A stretch of 63,041 nucleotides of DNA, filler included, from Choristocarpus tenellus KU-1152 (lineage: Eukaryota; Protista; Phaeophyceae): the NCBI GenBank assembly GCA_964200185.2. It is 8 parts of 8 records of this genome, joined end to end, with 100 filler letters (N's around TTAATTAATTAA, not from the genome) between each part and the next. Parts side by side here need not be neighbours in the genome. Positions count along the whole stretch, not along the records: positions 32,393 to 55,460 come from CAXNAD020000265.1; 7 more parts are not named here. The stretch is one strand, 5' to 3'. The notes beneath the pieces were generated by a model. That model ran no database searches, was not told where the DNA came from, and saw only the letters and a list, made by a program, of their open reading frames with translations. Positions 39,601 to 53,104 of the stretch are shown here, in pieces (position 1 is the first letter of the stretch; each line of letters starts with the position of its first letter). The translations under genes and the position numbers were made by a program.

Positions 39601-41046
39601 CACTTCCATTATCCTTTGAAGGTTTAGGGTAAGTGTGCGACTTGTCAGGATAATCCTTGCACTTCAAAGTGGTTTGCTTTGCTTTTCATTATATCTGGAA
39701 AATAAACCCAATTACTTCCTGGATTAGCCTGCTGGATTATTCTTCATGTCGGAGTCGCACCTAATCGCCAGCCCCGCCCTCCAGTCCACATTACCTGCTG
39801 AAGGAGCATTCTATCGTCTGGGAGAATACCGTCACGCAAAAACTTGAGAACGTAACGAAATATCCACCTGCCAACACCGTCACCAGGAAAAACTGCAGAT
39901 AAGCGGTTGTCACCATGAAATTGAGGCAGAAGAGGTCTATTAAGTGACATCAGGTATTTCTCTTGGATTTCATGACTGCCCAATGTTGATCATAGTGAGC
40001 AAGAGGAGGTATACATACACGCACAGGACACCTTAATTCATCAGTGCGGGACCTACCAATCTCTGTCCAGGTAAACAGTACCATCTCGATCTGCACTTAG
40101 TGGACTCTTGTCATCGCAGAGGGCGGCCAGGAGGGAACCTGGATCTCTTTGGAGCACAGTCTCGGATGCCTCAAATATCTATGATGAGTACCCGCAAGAA
40201 CAAAATAGAATCCAGATCAGAGTTGGTGTAAAATAGTATTGTTGAGAACCAATAAGGCCAGGATCTAGATGCGACTGCTTAAAACACTATCTAGGATCAA
40301 ATGTGTACACCAACATCAAAGTCTGGAGTGGAGCAGAAAATTTGTCCCAGATATTTTGTCTTCTTGTCAACACAGAAGTATGGCTCATCTGACAATGGGA
40401 AACAATCCCATACCATCAAATTTGGAGCTGCTATATCTATGCAATAATGTCACAGAGGTTTCACCTGTCCACCAACGTTGAGTCTCACACGTCTCACACC
40501 CGGCCCAGGCAAGTATGCAATTGGGACCCAGTCCTTTCGCTTCACGAAATCAAGTTCTCTCTTCTCCTGCCGAATCAACTCCTCATCCCTATGGTCGGTG
40601 GGATAGAAGACGGAAAGTTGCTGAAGCAAGGAAACAAGAGCATACGCATACGCACGACCCATGTGACCCTTACGAGCAAGAAGGTCACATTAAAGTAATC
40701 TGCCTACATTCTAAGCACACAAAACACACAGGTATTGTGTAATAATTTTCCATAGACCTTATCGATTTCGGCAGGGCTCACATGCGAGCTCGTCGTCGCT
40801 CCTCCCGCAAGAAAGCCCTTTGCCGGGCAAGCTGATCAAGAGCGAAGAGTACAAGAAACTGACAAGTTAGAGTTTGGTGCAATGTGCAACCTTTCCAGTG
40901 GATCTTCTACTCCATAGAACTTGCCAAGAACTAGATCGGTGTACCTTGTCAGCGGCAGATCGCAACTCTTGAGCACGTTGCTTGAGAACAACCCCTTCCA
41001 GGCCTAGGGAATTATACTTTAGATAGTTTCCATCTCTACCATACAT
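36657..41046 (-). CDS. KCTD-type BTB/POZ domain protein, ~285 aa; exons 41046-40945, 40831-40782, 40588-40465, 40178-40057, 39867-39795, 39378-39247, 38744-38703, 38121-37999, 36746-36657
   Basis: VRLNVGGQIFE...L.RDPGSLLA...YLDRDWWIFRYVLKFLRDG.LP...VYSEASYW; all introns GT-AG and in phase (858 nt total). Confidence 0.88.
38377..38480. repeat. Short intronic minisatellite (GAAGTAAACTAATGAAGT..AACTATT)
   Basis: 3-4 imperfect tandem copies. Confidence 0.75.
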
Positions 41047-41314
41047 TATCGATGTGAGGGTCGTGTGGCGACACGAAATAGGTAAATATTTTTCAGACGT
41101 GATTCTCTGTTACAAAAAACGGCATTTGGCGCATTCCTTGTAACTGACTTTATTGCATTCGTCCATGCAAATACCTGTTCACATCAAACCATGTGTAAAC
41201 AACAATCTGGTAGGTCCAGTTTGTTAGTCGTACAGATAAAGTACTTGTCTGGACAACTACTGCACCAACCAACTTCATAATTGTTGGAGGTGCTTTAGCC
41301 GAACCATATATATA

Positions 41315-41440
41315 CTGTCCCATGAGTATGTTTCTTTATCTATGTACCTCTTCGGGACGGCCTCCGATTTCCAAACGGATTTTTGCGTTGGATTCCTCAG
41401 AAAAAATTGCCTAAGATCAGTTATATTTGAAGAAATATAT
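41315..41440 (-). mobile_element. Partial Stowaway MITE arm
   Basis: Reverse complement of 41695-41820. Confidence 0.75.
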
Positions 41441-41498
41441 CCCGATCTGGACTGTGTTGAAACATAGGCTACTCATCTTTTGTGTTATTGATATTATA

Positions 41499-41824
41499 CT
41501 CCCTCTGTCCCATAAGTCTGTTCCTTTATCCATTTTTCTCTTCGGGATGACCTCCGATTTCAAAACGGATTTTGTGCATTGGATTCCTTGACGTTTTTTC
41601 CTGTGAAAGATTTTTGCTCGCCTTCACTCAACGCCGTTAATCCACCAATTCAGTGCCTTCTTGTGGGCCTATGCCCACCTAACCTCTGTTCCGTATATTT
41701 CTTCAAATATAACTCATCTTACGTAAAATTTTCCGAGGAATCCAACGCAAAAATCCGTTTTGAAATCGGATGTCATTCCGAATAGGTACATGGACAAAGG
41801 AACAGACTTATGGGACAAATGGAG
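41499..41824. mobile_element. Stowaway-like MITE (326 bp, ~90-bp TIRs, TA TSD)
   Basis: TA|CTCCCTCTGTCCCATAAGTCTGTTCCTTT ... AAAGGAACAGACTTATGGGACAAATGGAG|TA. Confidence 0.92.
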
Positions 41825-43410
41825 TATACTCGAGTATATATACACCTCATACGCAGTTAATTCTAGGGGTATGTTGGTACTTGGAAGAGGTCTACTGTAC
41901 TATTATAGTGTGTATGGGGATAGGTCATATTTGGGATCGCATGCAATTTCTCTGACAATCTGTGTACTCATATATGCATTTGGCGCCCAAACTTCTTCCT
42001 TTGTTGGCAGTTCAAGCAACAGTCGATATACCTCTAAATCCACAGAATGGGCAATGAGGTTGATAATTCAGACTGAATAACTTTCTTTGCTGACTGATCA
42101 CCTCTAGTTCTGTGAGGTCATTCCTTGAGCACTTTCCTTGATTTTTCTGTTCAGACCTGTTCAAATATCTCTTTTTTCTTTCTGTTTATCAGGGTGGTGG
42201 CGTGGAGAGTTCTTCCTTGTCTGGGCTGTCACGCTTTGTCTCCCCAGTCACGTCACAGTCTCTGATGATTCTCATTGCCCTCTATTCACACAAAACCCAG
42301 CCACTCTCATACACAGTATATATATATCATAAACAATTTGAAGTCCAGGAATTCTCTAGGGACCCTCCATAAAAAACTTCCACTCACTAAGTACCAATAT
42401 AAATTCCTCTTTGATGAGACTCTAAGCATAAACGAACTACCATTAAAAGGGTTGTGACGTGACCTATTTGATACCTGAAGAACGTAGATACACTACACAG
42501 AAAATCTTTCCTTCCAATTAGATCATTTCGAGCTTAGGATTTATTGTCACATGTGATTAGCATTGATTTATCAGTCTTTCACAGTGCATCGATGCCATTG
42601 CTCTATTTTTGAAGTATATATGCTTGATAGGGCGAGTAATTAGTATAATTAGTCGCCTTGTGAGGTCTGAGATCATCCAAGCTCGAGAAACCTCAAAGAA
42701 TGCCCATACATATATTTTTTTCAAACTTCAATCATTACCGACAACAGGGATGCATTGCCCTGTCAACAAGTTATTGTTGAACAAAAATAATACTTGGAAG
42801 CAATAATAATAATTTAATACTACAAACAAGACATATTGTGAGAAGGTTTGTACTTGGTTACACAGGCTAACCCACAGAAAAATGTGCATTCTGCCCCAAG
42901 CATCTCTGGATTGATGTTTTGAAGCTATTGCCTGATTGACTATTTTTACTTCATAGTGAAGAATATGGCAACACATGGGAGGTGTATCACTCAAGGTAAG
43001 GAAAAACAAGAGTATGGAACTACAGTTGGCTAATTTCTCCCCAGTGAATATTAGTCAAGAGATTATGAATACCTACTGTTGTAGAGTAAAATGTCCAGAT
43101 CATTATCATCACATTACTCCTTCAAATCTCCCTCTCCCCTCCCTTTGCAGGTACATGACATTAATACTATTAGATTTTGAATTAAAATGATCAGTACAAG
43201 TGTATACCATTGAATCTTTTGGTGCACTCCAAACTAGGATTGTCCACAAATGTCTAATGTATGTACAGCATTTCAGAAACATTAATTTTAGGATATAACC
43301 CTCCATGTCTAGAAAAAAACCCAATAGGGGTCATGAATGTATAAAGAACTGGAATCCTCATGACAAGGGAGAACCAAGGTGTAGACAGCATTTTGTCTGC
43401 TTATGTAGGT

Positions 43411-43520
43411 CAAGTACACACTATATCCCAATGTAGACATAGTCAAGTAAGTACACACTATACCCCAATGTGCACATAGTCAAGGAAGTACACACTATAC
43501 CCCAATGTACACATACTCAA
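43411..43520. repeat. ~37-bp minisatellite x3
   Basis: AAGTACACACTATA.CCCAATGT..ACATAGTCAA. Confidence 0.85.
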
Positions 43521-44356
43521 ATACGTACTAAAATCACAAAAAGCATATTCATGCCAACTGTATTTTTTCTATAGGTCTAGTATAATTCACAAACTAAAAA
43601 TACCAGTAACAATATTACAGCTCTACCTTTACTGTTTAGGCATTTGTAAGGTGAGGATAGTTGTATAGCTAAATTATTCCTTTCTGTCAACCCACAATCC
43701 AAACATACACAAAAAATACAAATAAACTGTATTATAATAGCAGGAGTCACTTGGTGTTGGATGTCCCACTTGTATCCCCTGCATTACCTGCATTACCCTC
43801 ACATGTCAAATGTGCCAAGTCATGTGTGTTGTTGGATATCCAAGGTGGTGCACCCAGCATCATTTAGTAAGGAAGCAAAAAGAGGATCATAGAGGATAAG
43901 AACATGATAATAATGAAGCGATCATAATAAAGTGCAGAGGGAAAATACTAACCAAAATATCTGTGTTAAATTTCAGTGAGCACATTTTATTAACAAGATA
44001 AGAATACAACGTCATAGAAGTGTGGGGAGGCATGTAACAAATGACCGTTTATGGTACATGGCATGGGCTGGCTGGCACCATAAGGAACAGGCTAACCACT
44101 GCTAAGGTAGTGTGGTTGGACTGTGTCAATGACAAATAGATACATTATAGATTGAAATATTCTACAATAAGTAAGTGTAAAACACCTTGAGTTCAATGAG
44201 TACCAACTGCAAGAAACAAACAAAATTAAAGTAAGAAGTAATTGGTAGTACTTGCAAACAAACTCCAGACAGGAGAGTCAACAATGGTCCTGACCAAGGT
44301 CTATTCTCTTCTCTTCTCTTCCCCTTTCTCATTTCTCAATTTTCTTTTCTCAGCTC

Positions 44357-47300
44357 TCATTTCCACTGCTTCTTCCATTCATTTGTGGGACCCTCTCCAA
44401 ACTTAGGTTTGACTTTCTCCTGTTCCTCTTGTTTCCACATCTTGGTTTGCTTTGTCTTACTCCCCCCCTTTTGAAAGTCTCGCCATCCTCCAACACGCTT
44501 CTCTCTCCTGTGATATATCATGATGTGGTGTGGCAACATCATGTAGAGTGACTAGCATCAAGTTATTGCCTCGTGTAACCCTCAAATCTAATTGCAATGC
44601 AAATATAATCATTCTTGAAACAAAAAAGGATGCCTTTTAGGAGGGGGATGTGTGGGAGTACTGTTTGTATTTCTTGCATAGAGTGATACACTCCTGCAAT
44701 TGGAACCTCCCCCAAAAGCTCCTCCTGAGTGATCACATGACGGTGACCTATACAGCATGTGGTGCCCTAGATCACTTGAGAGTGAGCTAACTAGCAGCAC
44801 GATCTCTTTGAAAAATTTTGGTATTAACAAAAACTTTCTGACAAAAACAACCTACACTATACTGATTTAGTTTTGTTTTCCAATCTCTTCCATCAAGTAG
44901 AGAGATACAAGGGAAAGGTGACATTGTGACTACAGTTATAGTCATTCATTGCATCTATCAGTTGCAATGACAACAAATACTTCTATTATCACTAACTACC
45001 ACATGTATTATATCAGTATTAGATAAATGCTAATAGTGTGTATCAGACCATCTCTCTGATATTGTAAGGTGTACAGTACAACTGCAATCTTGACAAAAAA
45101 ATGAACAAATCTTAATGTGTGCACTCTTCAACCAACTACAACCAAAGCCTACCTGTCCTCCTCAGCCCAAGCTTTCTCATTTTCCACAGTCTTTTTGATC
45201 TTGTCCTTTTCTTCATCTTCCTGATCTCGTTCCCTCTTCTTCTGAGCTTGCTTGTGTTTATCAATCTCCCTCCGCCTCAGTTCAATATTGGCAAACTGAA
45301 TACAACAATACAACAAAAGACTTTTTTTTTAATTACTCTCAGTATGCGTCAATAGATCACTACACTTATACTACCACAGAACAGTGATTAGCAGCATCAT
45401 CACAGCATCACACACCCACTAAAAAAGAAGAACCATCACAACTTCCAAGCATGCAACAAAGTCTAGCAAAGCATGGATCATGACCAAGATGGATCATGAA
45501 CAAGACTAAGACTAAGACTACCAAACAGAAGCAACACTATTGTACACAAACTAAAATGCTGGAACACTTGATCACCTCACATCACCTCACATAACCTTCT
45601 TCAAGTGCTTCAGAATATCTCATACCAATATTTTTCAAGAGGCAACACCAAGTCAGGTTAGTTAATGGTTCTGTACTAGTGTGCTACACTTTGTATCATG
45701 GAGATAGTAGCAATGGTGTGGTACCTCCTTCATGCAGGCCTTTTTCTTGTGTGCTGCTTCACTCCCACATTCTGCTAGAAGTGCCTCCAGTCTAACACCC
45801 TTGTCTATTTTTTTTTGTCTTTCTTTCAAGACCCTAGTACTAACAGCATCAATGGTCGCAGCCATTGTCTTCCTGCGGTTATCTTCCATGAGAACCTTAA
45901 AACATTCAACATTCAGTATTCAACATGTTGGGGAAGAGGGCAACAGAAGGGAATAGTAAGGAGGGTAGTATCACAGCTCAGTGCCTCTAAGAATGTGAAA
46001 CTTGTGATGAAGGCTAACCCTAACCCTAACCCTAACCCATCCATCCTCGAAGAGCAGTAAGCAAGCTAAGATACCTAAGAAAAAGGCTAAGGCTCATTCT
46101 AGAGCACATGCTAAACATGTTAAACCCCCCCCCAAAAAAAAGAAGACCAAGAGCTCTCACAAAATGAAAACCCTGACAAAGAAAAGAAACCTGGTTCCAA
46201 AAAACCTCTAGAACTCCTACACGAAGAGCTAACAACCATTCTATTTATTAGAAACTTTGCTAGAAGAGATACAAAAAAATAATATACAACTTAAAAATGA
46301 TGATACTTTAATCAAGACATATTTCTAGCACCAGATGGTGTTGATGATCATGGAAAGGTAGAAGCTGATCTTATCAAGGTATACCTGAAAGAGGTTACAT
46401 AGGGTTAGTAATAGAATAGTGGGATAATATTAATGAATGTTTATGTATTTAGTAGGAAGGACCTGTAGCAAAGGATGAACATTCAAATACTCTTGCTATA
46501 TGGGCACCTAAAAAGGTCAATACAAGTTATTAATGACACTACTTTCCCAGCTTTACTTCTGTACTGCAAAGAGGCTGAAACTCATGTCCTCTTTCCCACA
46601 TTCAGGATATCCCCAACACTAAGCCCTGAAACAGTGAAAAAAACACTCTGACAATAGGGAGAGGCTGTGAATTGATACAAAAATAATTCAAACTTCCTCC
46701 ATTCAGAATTAAATGTAACATAACTCTTGCAACCTCCATTCTCGCCTGGGAAAAACCCACATGATAAACCCTCTGGACAAGGCTTAGTTCTCATGTAAAT
46801 TGGCAGGCATGTAAAGTTTGAGAGAGTGGGCTGTCTTGACTGTGGAAGATCACCAATGCAAAGTTGATCAAGTCACATTTGAAGGGATTCAAAAACCTCT
46901 CATGGAACTGTCAAACCAGGTGCTTATTGGGATGTCTAGGATGAAGGCCCTCCTTCATTTGAGCGGCTCACTCATCTCATTGTTGCCCATTGGTCCCACT
47001 TCTTCAATACAGAAGTTTGTCCAGAGTCCAGAATACCCCAACGAAGAACAGTGTCGTGAGGTGATGCCTTGAGGTGAGAGAGAGCAAGACTCAGATGCCA
47101 TGGGGGAAGGAAGGCGTCAGCCATCACAGAGGACTTCTAGAATTTCCCAAATCACCACGTTCTGTCATGTGAAGGAGTATGACAGCCACATCACACAAGG
47201 GTGAATGCATGGACCTTGTACAACATCACAATGGACAATGTGGCTGCTGTACAAGTATCACCATACAAGTATCATCATACAAGTATCACCATACAAGTAT

Positions 47301-48367
47301 CACCATACAAGTATCACCATACAAGTATCATCATACAAGTATCCTGGACCCTTGGGATATCTCAAAGATACACCACACATCTTTCTGCAAATGGGCAGTC
47401 AATGCTGGGGTACCCCTTGCCTCATTGTGGGATCTGTACAGGCACAAGAAGGTAAAGGTCAAGTAGTGGATTAAGCCAGTCCTCTCAGACCACCAGAAAG
47501 CCAACAGGGTGGGTTTTCTCATCAGCCACATGCACAGGAGGAGGGCAAGTGGGGTATTAGTGGATGATCTGTATGACTGGGTGGATGTGGATGAAAAGTG
47601 GTTTTACATCCTCAAAGATGGGCAAGGTGTATGTACCTGCACCCCACTGAGGACCCCTGCAAACACCCATGGGGACACCATGGGGACAGACTAAACATTA
47701 CATTACGAAGGTGATGTTCCTTGCAGCTGTGGCCCACCATAGGAAGCTAGCTCTCCAACGGGGTGTGGTTCAATGAAAAAATTGGGATCTGGCCAATCGT
47801 GAACACTAAGGTCACTCATAGCTCCAGCTAAAACCATCTCAAGGGCACCAAGGTGCTTGTGACAGCCATGGGGGACGGGGAGAGGCATAAGAAACTCAAG
47901 ATCGAGGATGTCATCCCACCAATCAAGGCCCACATGCTTAGGGCGGAAGGACACACCATCCTCATCCAGTAGGGCAGGACAAAGCCACACACTAATGGGG
48001 GGTATCATGGATGCAATTGAGGAGGCGGCAGGGGATGAAATTGTCATAAGGCACCCAGTCAGCCAACTCACTTGACCTCAACATCAACGACCTGGGATTC
48101 TTTTATTCCATCCAGCTACTGAAGGAAGAAGTGGGGGTGACCAACACAGAGGAGCTGGTGGAGGCCACAATGAAACTGTTTGATGTATACCCCCGGGAAG
48201 CACTAGAGTGTGTCTGGCAAATATCTTCACAATCTACAGTGAAGTACTGGGGTCCAAAGGTGACAACATCTTCAAAATTTTCCATTATAGCAAGGAAAAT
48301 GCTAAGAAGGCGGGCAAGCAAGCTCCCCCTGAATGACACAGTGCATGTGGGAAAATGTTGTATTGTA

Positions 48368-48400
<33 letters not shown>

Positions 48401-51400
48401 CTATTGGAGGGCTTCAGGGGCAGAATCATAGATAGGTGTAGGCTACCCCATTTTGGTTGAGATTTTGGTGGCAACTTCTTAGTGTCTGCATAGTACACAC
48501 AATAAAATAAGAACACATTAAAAAAAACTTGCTTCTTTGTTGGGGTTGTAAAAGTTATATATTATTATTATTATTTATATTACATTTAATTCCAAATGAA
48601 GTATAAAATAGGATTAATAGGCAAAAATAGCAACAAGGTCAAGGGAATGAAAAGAATATGCCTCAAAATATCAGCCTCTACCTTGAACAAAAAAGATTCA
48701 ACCAATAAAATTATTGTTAATGTTACCATTCCAAGAATTAAACAATGTAACTGTTTTTCTACAAAGGTAAAAAATAGAGATAGGTGTTGACATAAGTGCA
48801 AGTTGGAAATAAAGACACTGATATGAGACCCTCTTCAGTTACTTCAACCCCATTGGTGTGGAGGTCATATGTTTGCAAAGTCAAGATTCAGCACAAAAAT
48901 TGAATGAGTTCAGCAACCATGCAAAGGCAACTGTATGAACCTGAACCAAATCAAAAATCAATACTATTTTCATCTGGTTTTGCTTGGTTCTACAATTTTC
49001 TAACTTCTTTCTCAATATGCAACCAACATGTGCATCAGTATGCACATAAAGTTAGATTATTATTATTATTCATTTGTAGATGGATTTTGATTGTGTTGCT
49101 ATTAAACTTAAGATAATGCACCCCAACAGGTGACCATCCCACAACTCAAGGACCCCCCATGCAAGGGCTAATAATACATCCAATTTCAATGGAAGCACCG
49201 AATATCAAGGTGGGACAAGAGTGACCAATGATAAGAGTGACCAATGACAAGAGTGAGGAACGATCTCTTTCCCACATGTTAAAAAGTTTACGAAACTTGC
49301 TGCCTTTAACATATTGTCAGCATTACCTAACATATTGTCAGCATTACTAACATACTGTCAGCATTACCATACCTAATTCATAACTCAATTCATAACTCAA
49401 GGATGATCCATTTGTCTGTGTGCATATCCTATCTCTACAGCATATGGTACTACTACCTACATATGGTAGGAACATGTATATAATAGTAGACACCATTGCT
49501 CAAGAGTGACAACTCAATAACAAAAACTGTAGTAATCCCCATGCCATTGACACCCTTGTCCAAGAGTCAACACTGTAAATATACAAAATCAAATACTATC
49601 CATTGGGGCAATGTCTTACATAGTAAGGAAGGACTGGAATATATATTCCTATTTTTCTTTGATATTTTGCAGGTAGCCAAAAGGTGGGATGAGACTGTGA
49701 GGGTCACAGACAGTACTAGAGAGTGGTGAGAGTGGTGAGAGGTATCACGATGTTACAGAACCCTATTTGGCCACTTAGAGCTACCTTGCCAACCCAATTA
49801 AAAAATATATTGGGAAAAAGGTGTTACCTGTTTGGAATACCTTCAACAGAGAAGTGTGATAAGGTTCGATGTGCATTCATCGAATCATATCACACAAGCT
49901 CACAAGTGTGTCTGCAATCATCTAAATAACCATAAAACACAAGCTCACAAGTGTGTCTGCAATCATCTCCTGGGTTAGCTCACAATATACCAACTGGGGA
50001 ACATTGACCTTGTAACACCTCCCCACTGATGATAGAACACAGACCATGTGATGTCAGAACAACTTTGTCACAATGTATACATTTGTGACACAAAATATCT
50101 TAAACATGTATTCTGTCATAGGCATGACGTGAGCTCATTGACATACCTGACATAGATGAACATACATCACTTTGCAATACTGAAAAGTACTAGACTAGAA
50201 GAGAAGAGTTGAACATCATCATACTAGTACACCAGATCACATTGATAGCATAAAGAACTGTGTTGCCTGAATACATGTATTACAATAATGACTCTACAGG
50301 AAACAAAATATCTTCTACATCAAAAATCTTTGAACCCAGCATGCATACCCTCCCAAACCCCTCAAACACCTGATACGCCTTCTTGACCTCCTCAAACGCA
50401 TCTCTAGCCTGTGGCATATCAAGTCGCTTATCTGGATGAACAAGGGTGGACAACTTACGATACCTGTTTGGAACATTATTGTATCAGATCATTATTGTAT
50501 CAGATCATTATTGTATCAGAACATTATTGTATCAGAACATTATTGCATCAGATCATTATTGTATCAGAACATTATTGTATCAGATCATTATTGTATCAGA
50601 TCCGTCATGCGCAACGTTTAGTTACCACAAAAAAAAAAAGTATCAGATGGATGAGAATTATAGTACAAGTTATCTGTCTTGGACCAACATAGTAGTAGAG
50701 GTGTATGTACTGTGCAAGGACCAAGAGCTTTTGTTCTTGAAATGAAGTATGTATGTCTTCTAAATTGAAATATTTATATAAGTGTCTACTAAATTGAAAA
50801 GACAAGAAAAAATAAGAAAATTTATCTGAGCAACACAACAATTCGTTGAAGTCTGTGCTGTGTTTCCATTCTGTTGGGTTATGCTATACACCAACTACAT
50901 GGTAGTCAGTAGGCAGTATATAGCACCACAGATAACACTTGTCATCATTTTTGTACAGTGTCTGCAATGATATCTGCTACAAATCAACTACCCTGGAGTG
51001 CTTGTGGTCAACAGAGAAGCAGGTAGAGAAGAGGCAGGTCATAGAGGGATAAACTGGAAACAGATACCAAAACCTAACCCTAATGCAAGCTACAATAATA
51101 TCTAACCCTAACCCTAACAAGTGACTGAGTTCAATTAACTGGAAACACTAAACAACAAAAGAAACAGTAATATGTTCTGCATCACAGATTGACTGTCATA
51201 TTACTGTACTTCACCATATTACTGTACTTCACCTCTGCTTGATGTCCTCCACTGTTGCATCAGTTCCCAACTGAAGGACGTCAAAGCAGTTCAAGTTCTT
51301 CCACTTGTAGTTGCTTTGCAGCAAGCGATCCATCTGCTCCTTAGGCTTACCCAGGTTTTGGTTGGTGTACTTGTCATTCATTACCCGTTCAACCTTAGGA

Positions 51401-52944
51401 GGGGCAGCATTGTCACGATCTCCTTTAATCTCTGTCAGGAAAGATGACAAGGGATCCCCATTTTCTTCAGCCTGGGAGCCATTGGAGGTCCCCCCCTCCC
51501 CTCCACCCTTGACCTTGGCTTTCATGGCATCTGCAATCTTGATCCGTTCCTCCTCTGCCTCCCTTTCAGCTGCAGCTTGGTGCCACCTTGCTCGTCGCTC
51601 CACCTCCTGGCCTTCCTTTGCTGCAGTTATACCTTCCTCCAGACTGGAATTGCTTGGATCCAATTTCAAGCCTGCCTGTACTTGTGTTCAATATACCGTG
51701 TGGACATATCAAAGACCAGGGAAGATCAACACAAGCGGTATGAAATACACCACATCACACCTCGCTTACACCCTACTCATCCTGCTTCTGCCATTCTACA
51801 ATAGGGATGAGTTTATTTACAGGAAATGAATGCAATGCCTCTTGACTCAGGATATTGAGGGATTGACTTTCAATCATTTTTTCCCTTGAATCCAAATGTG
51901 ACAGCTTGTTGACAGCTTGTTTCATATGGTGGAGTTTGATTTTGATTGAAATTGATCACCAAATTGTAATGCAAATATTTCCGGTTGACCTACCCTACAG
52001 AGTAATCTTCGCCTGACACGCTGATGTTGCCACTTGTGCAACCTAAAGCACACCCACTCTATTATCTGAGCTTAGTATGCGATATAGCGGCATATGCCAG
52101 TAGACTTCCTCAACCGTGACCAAAGTGTTGAGAGGGGTAGAAGCGCCATCCAGCGTTGACCGAACAAACATTCAGAATATCACAAAGGTTGATCAATCTG
52201 TTGTCTCAAGGGGTTAATATTAGCGATGGTTCATTCAGATGTCTGTATCTCTACTTCTTGACTCGCAATAGGGATCTTGGTCCTTGTCAATTTAGGATAA
52301 CCGGTATCTATTTACCAACCCACAGTCGAGGACTGCCTGCTCAAAAAACGTTACGATTGGATAGGGGCTAGATCGATTTCAAATGGGACAGTCATGCTCA
52401 CCTGAAGAGATTGAATAGCTGAATCGTATCTCCCAAGAGCGTGCTGTGCTGCCCCGAGACGACTGTACGCCTTTGACCACTCTGGGGCAAGCTTTACGCA
52501 CTTCTCTGCATCCTTCAGTGCTTTGCTCTTCGCATCTCCCAGCTTCAGATATGCTGCACTTCTATTACTGTAGTATACCTGCGCATCCACGCCACCATTG
52601 GTGACAAAATTTAGATGGAAAAGCAACCAGCAATAAATGGTTACCTTAGGTGTAAGTGACAAGCAATACCGCACAACCCTTCAGTACCAGACTTGCCTTG
52701 TCTTCCGGATCAAGATCGATAGCTCTCGAGTATCCCTGCACAGCTTCAGTCCATTTACCCGCCTTGAAGGCCGCATTACCTGTTGAAGTCGTTCGGCAGG
52801 TGGTCATGAACAAACCCAGATGAAATCCTATTTCGAGAACCAGAAAACATCTAATAGGCCGTCGATTAACTTACCTTCTCCCTTGAAGCGTTCAGCCTGT
52901 ACCTTCCAATCTGGCTGTTCATCTTGAACATCTTTTTCCTCCAT
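44357..52944 (-). CDS. TPR-domain + DNAJC8/SPF31-like J-domain co-chaperone, ~443 aa; exons 52944-52875, 52779-52697, 52578-52402, 51675-51233, 50463-50370, 45895-45725, 45295-45153, 44507-44357
   Basis: AERFKGEGNAAFKAG..YSNRSAAYLKLG..KAYSRLGAA (STI1-type TPR); NLNCFDVLQL..IKQRYRKLSTLVHPDK (J domain, HPD); REKRVGGWRDF (DNAJC8 C-terminus); 1332 nt in phase. Confidence 0.93.
46014..46038. repeat. Interstitial telomere-like (CCCTAA)4
   Basis: CTAACCCTAACCCTAACCCTAACCC. Confidence 0.85.
47100..48350 (+). pseudogene. Decayed plant-type mariner transposase inside an intron of the J-protein gene
   Basis: WIKPVLSDHQKANRVGF, VDVDEKWFY, ITKVMFLAAVA, KIGIWP, KPH, DLNINDLGFFYSIQ across frameshifts. Confidence 0.88.
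47250..47343. repeat. 14-bp minisatellite (TACAAGTATCAYCA) x6.7
   Basis: direct observation. Confidence 0.95.
48368..48399. repeat. (GATA)n microsatellite
   Basis: direct observation. Confidence 0.95.
50471..50598. repeat. 16-bp minisatellite (GAWCATTATTGTATCA) x8
   Basis: direct observation. Confidence 0.95.
51072..51118. repeat. Short telomere-like CCCTAA tracts
   Basis: CCTAACCCTAA and CTAACCCTAACCCTAAC. Confidence 0.6.
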
Positions 52945-53104
52945 GGTTTTCTCCTCGCAAACTCTACCTTTTGTTGGATGCGTGGTATTAGAGTTGAGTT
53001 TGGAGTTGTGTTCTTTCCATGGTATTGGTCAATAATACTCTGCGGTATGAATCAACTCTATACCGTTATATTTAAGATATTTTTTGAACAGGTATGTATG
53101 TATC

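Noticed and set aside
41900-42270. RYIDCCLNCQQRK resembling a gypsy integrase zinc motif (minus strand)
   Set aside because: Single short motif amid stops; cannot be supported without a search
47179-47474. Repetitive ORFs (YKYHHTSITIQVS)
   Set aside because: Translation of the 14-bp minisatellite
50411-50745. Repetitive ORFs (HYCIRSLLYQ)
   Set aside because: Translation of the 16-bp intronic minisatellite
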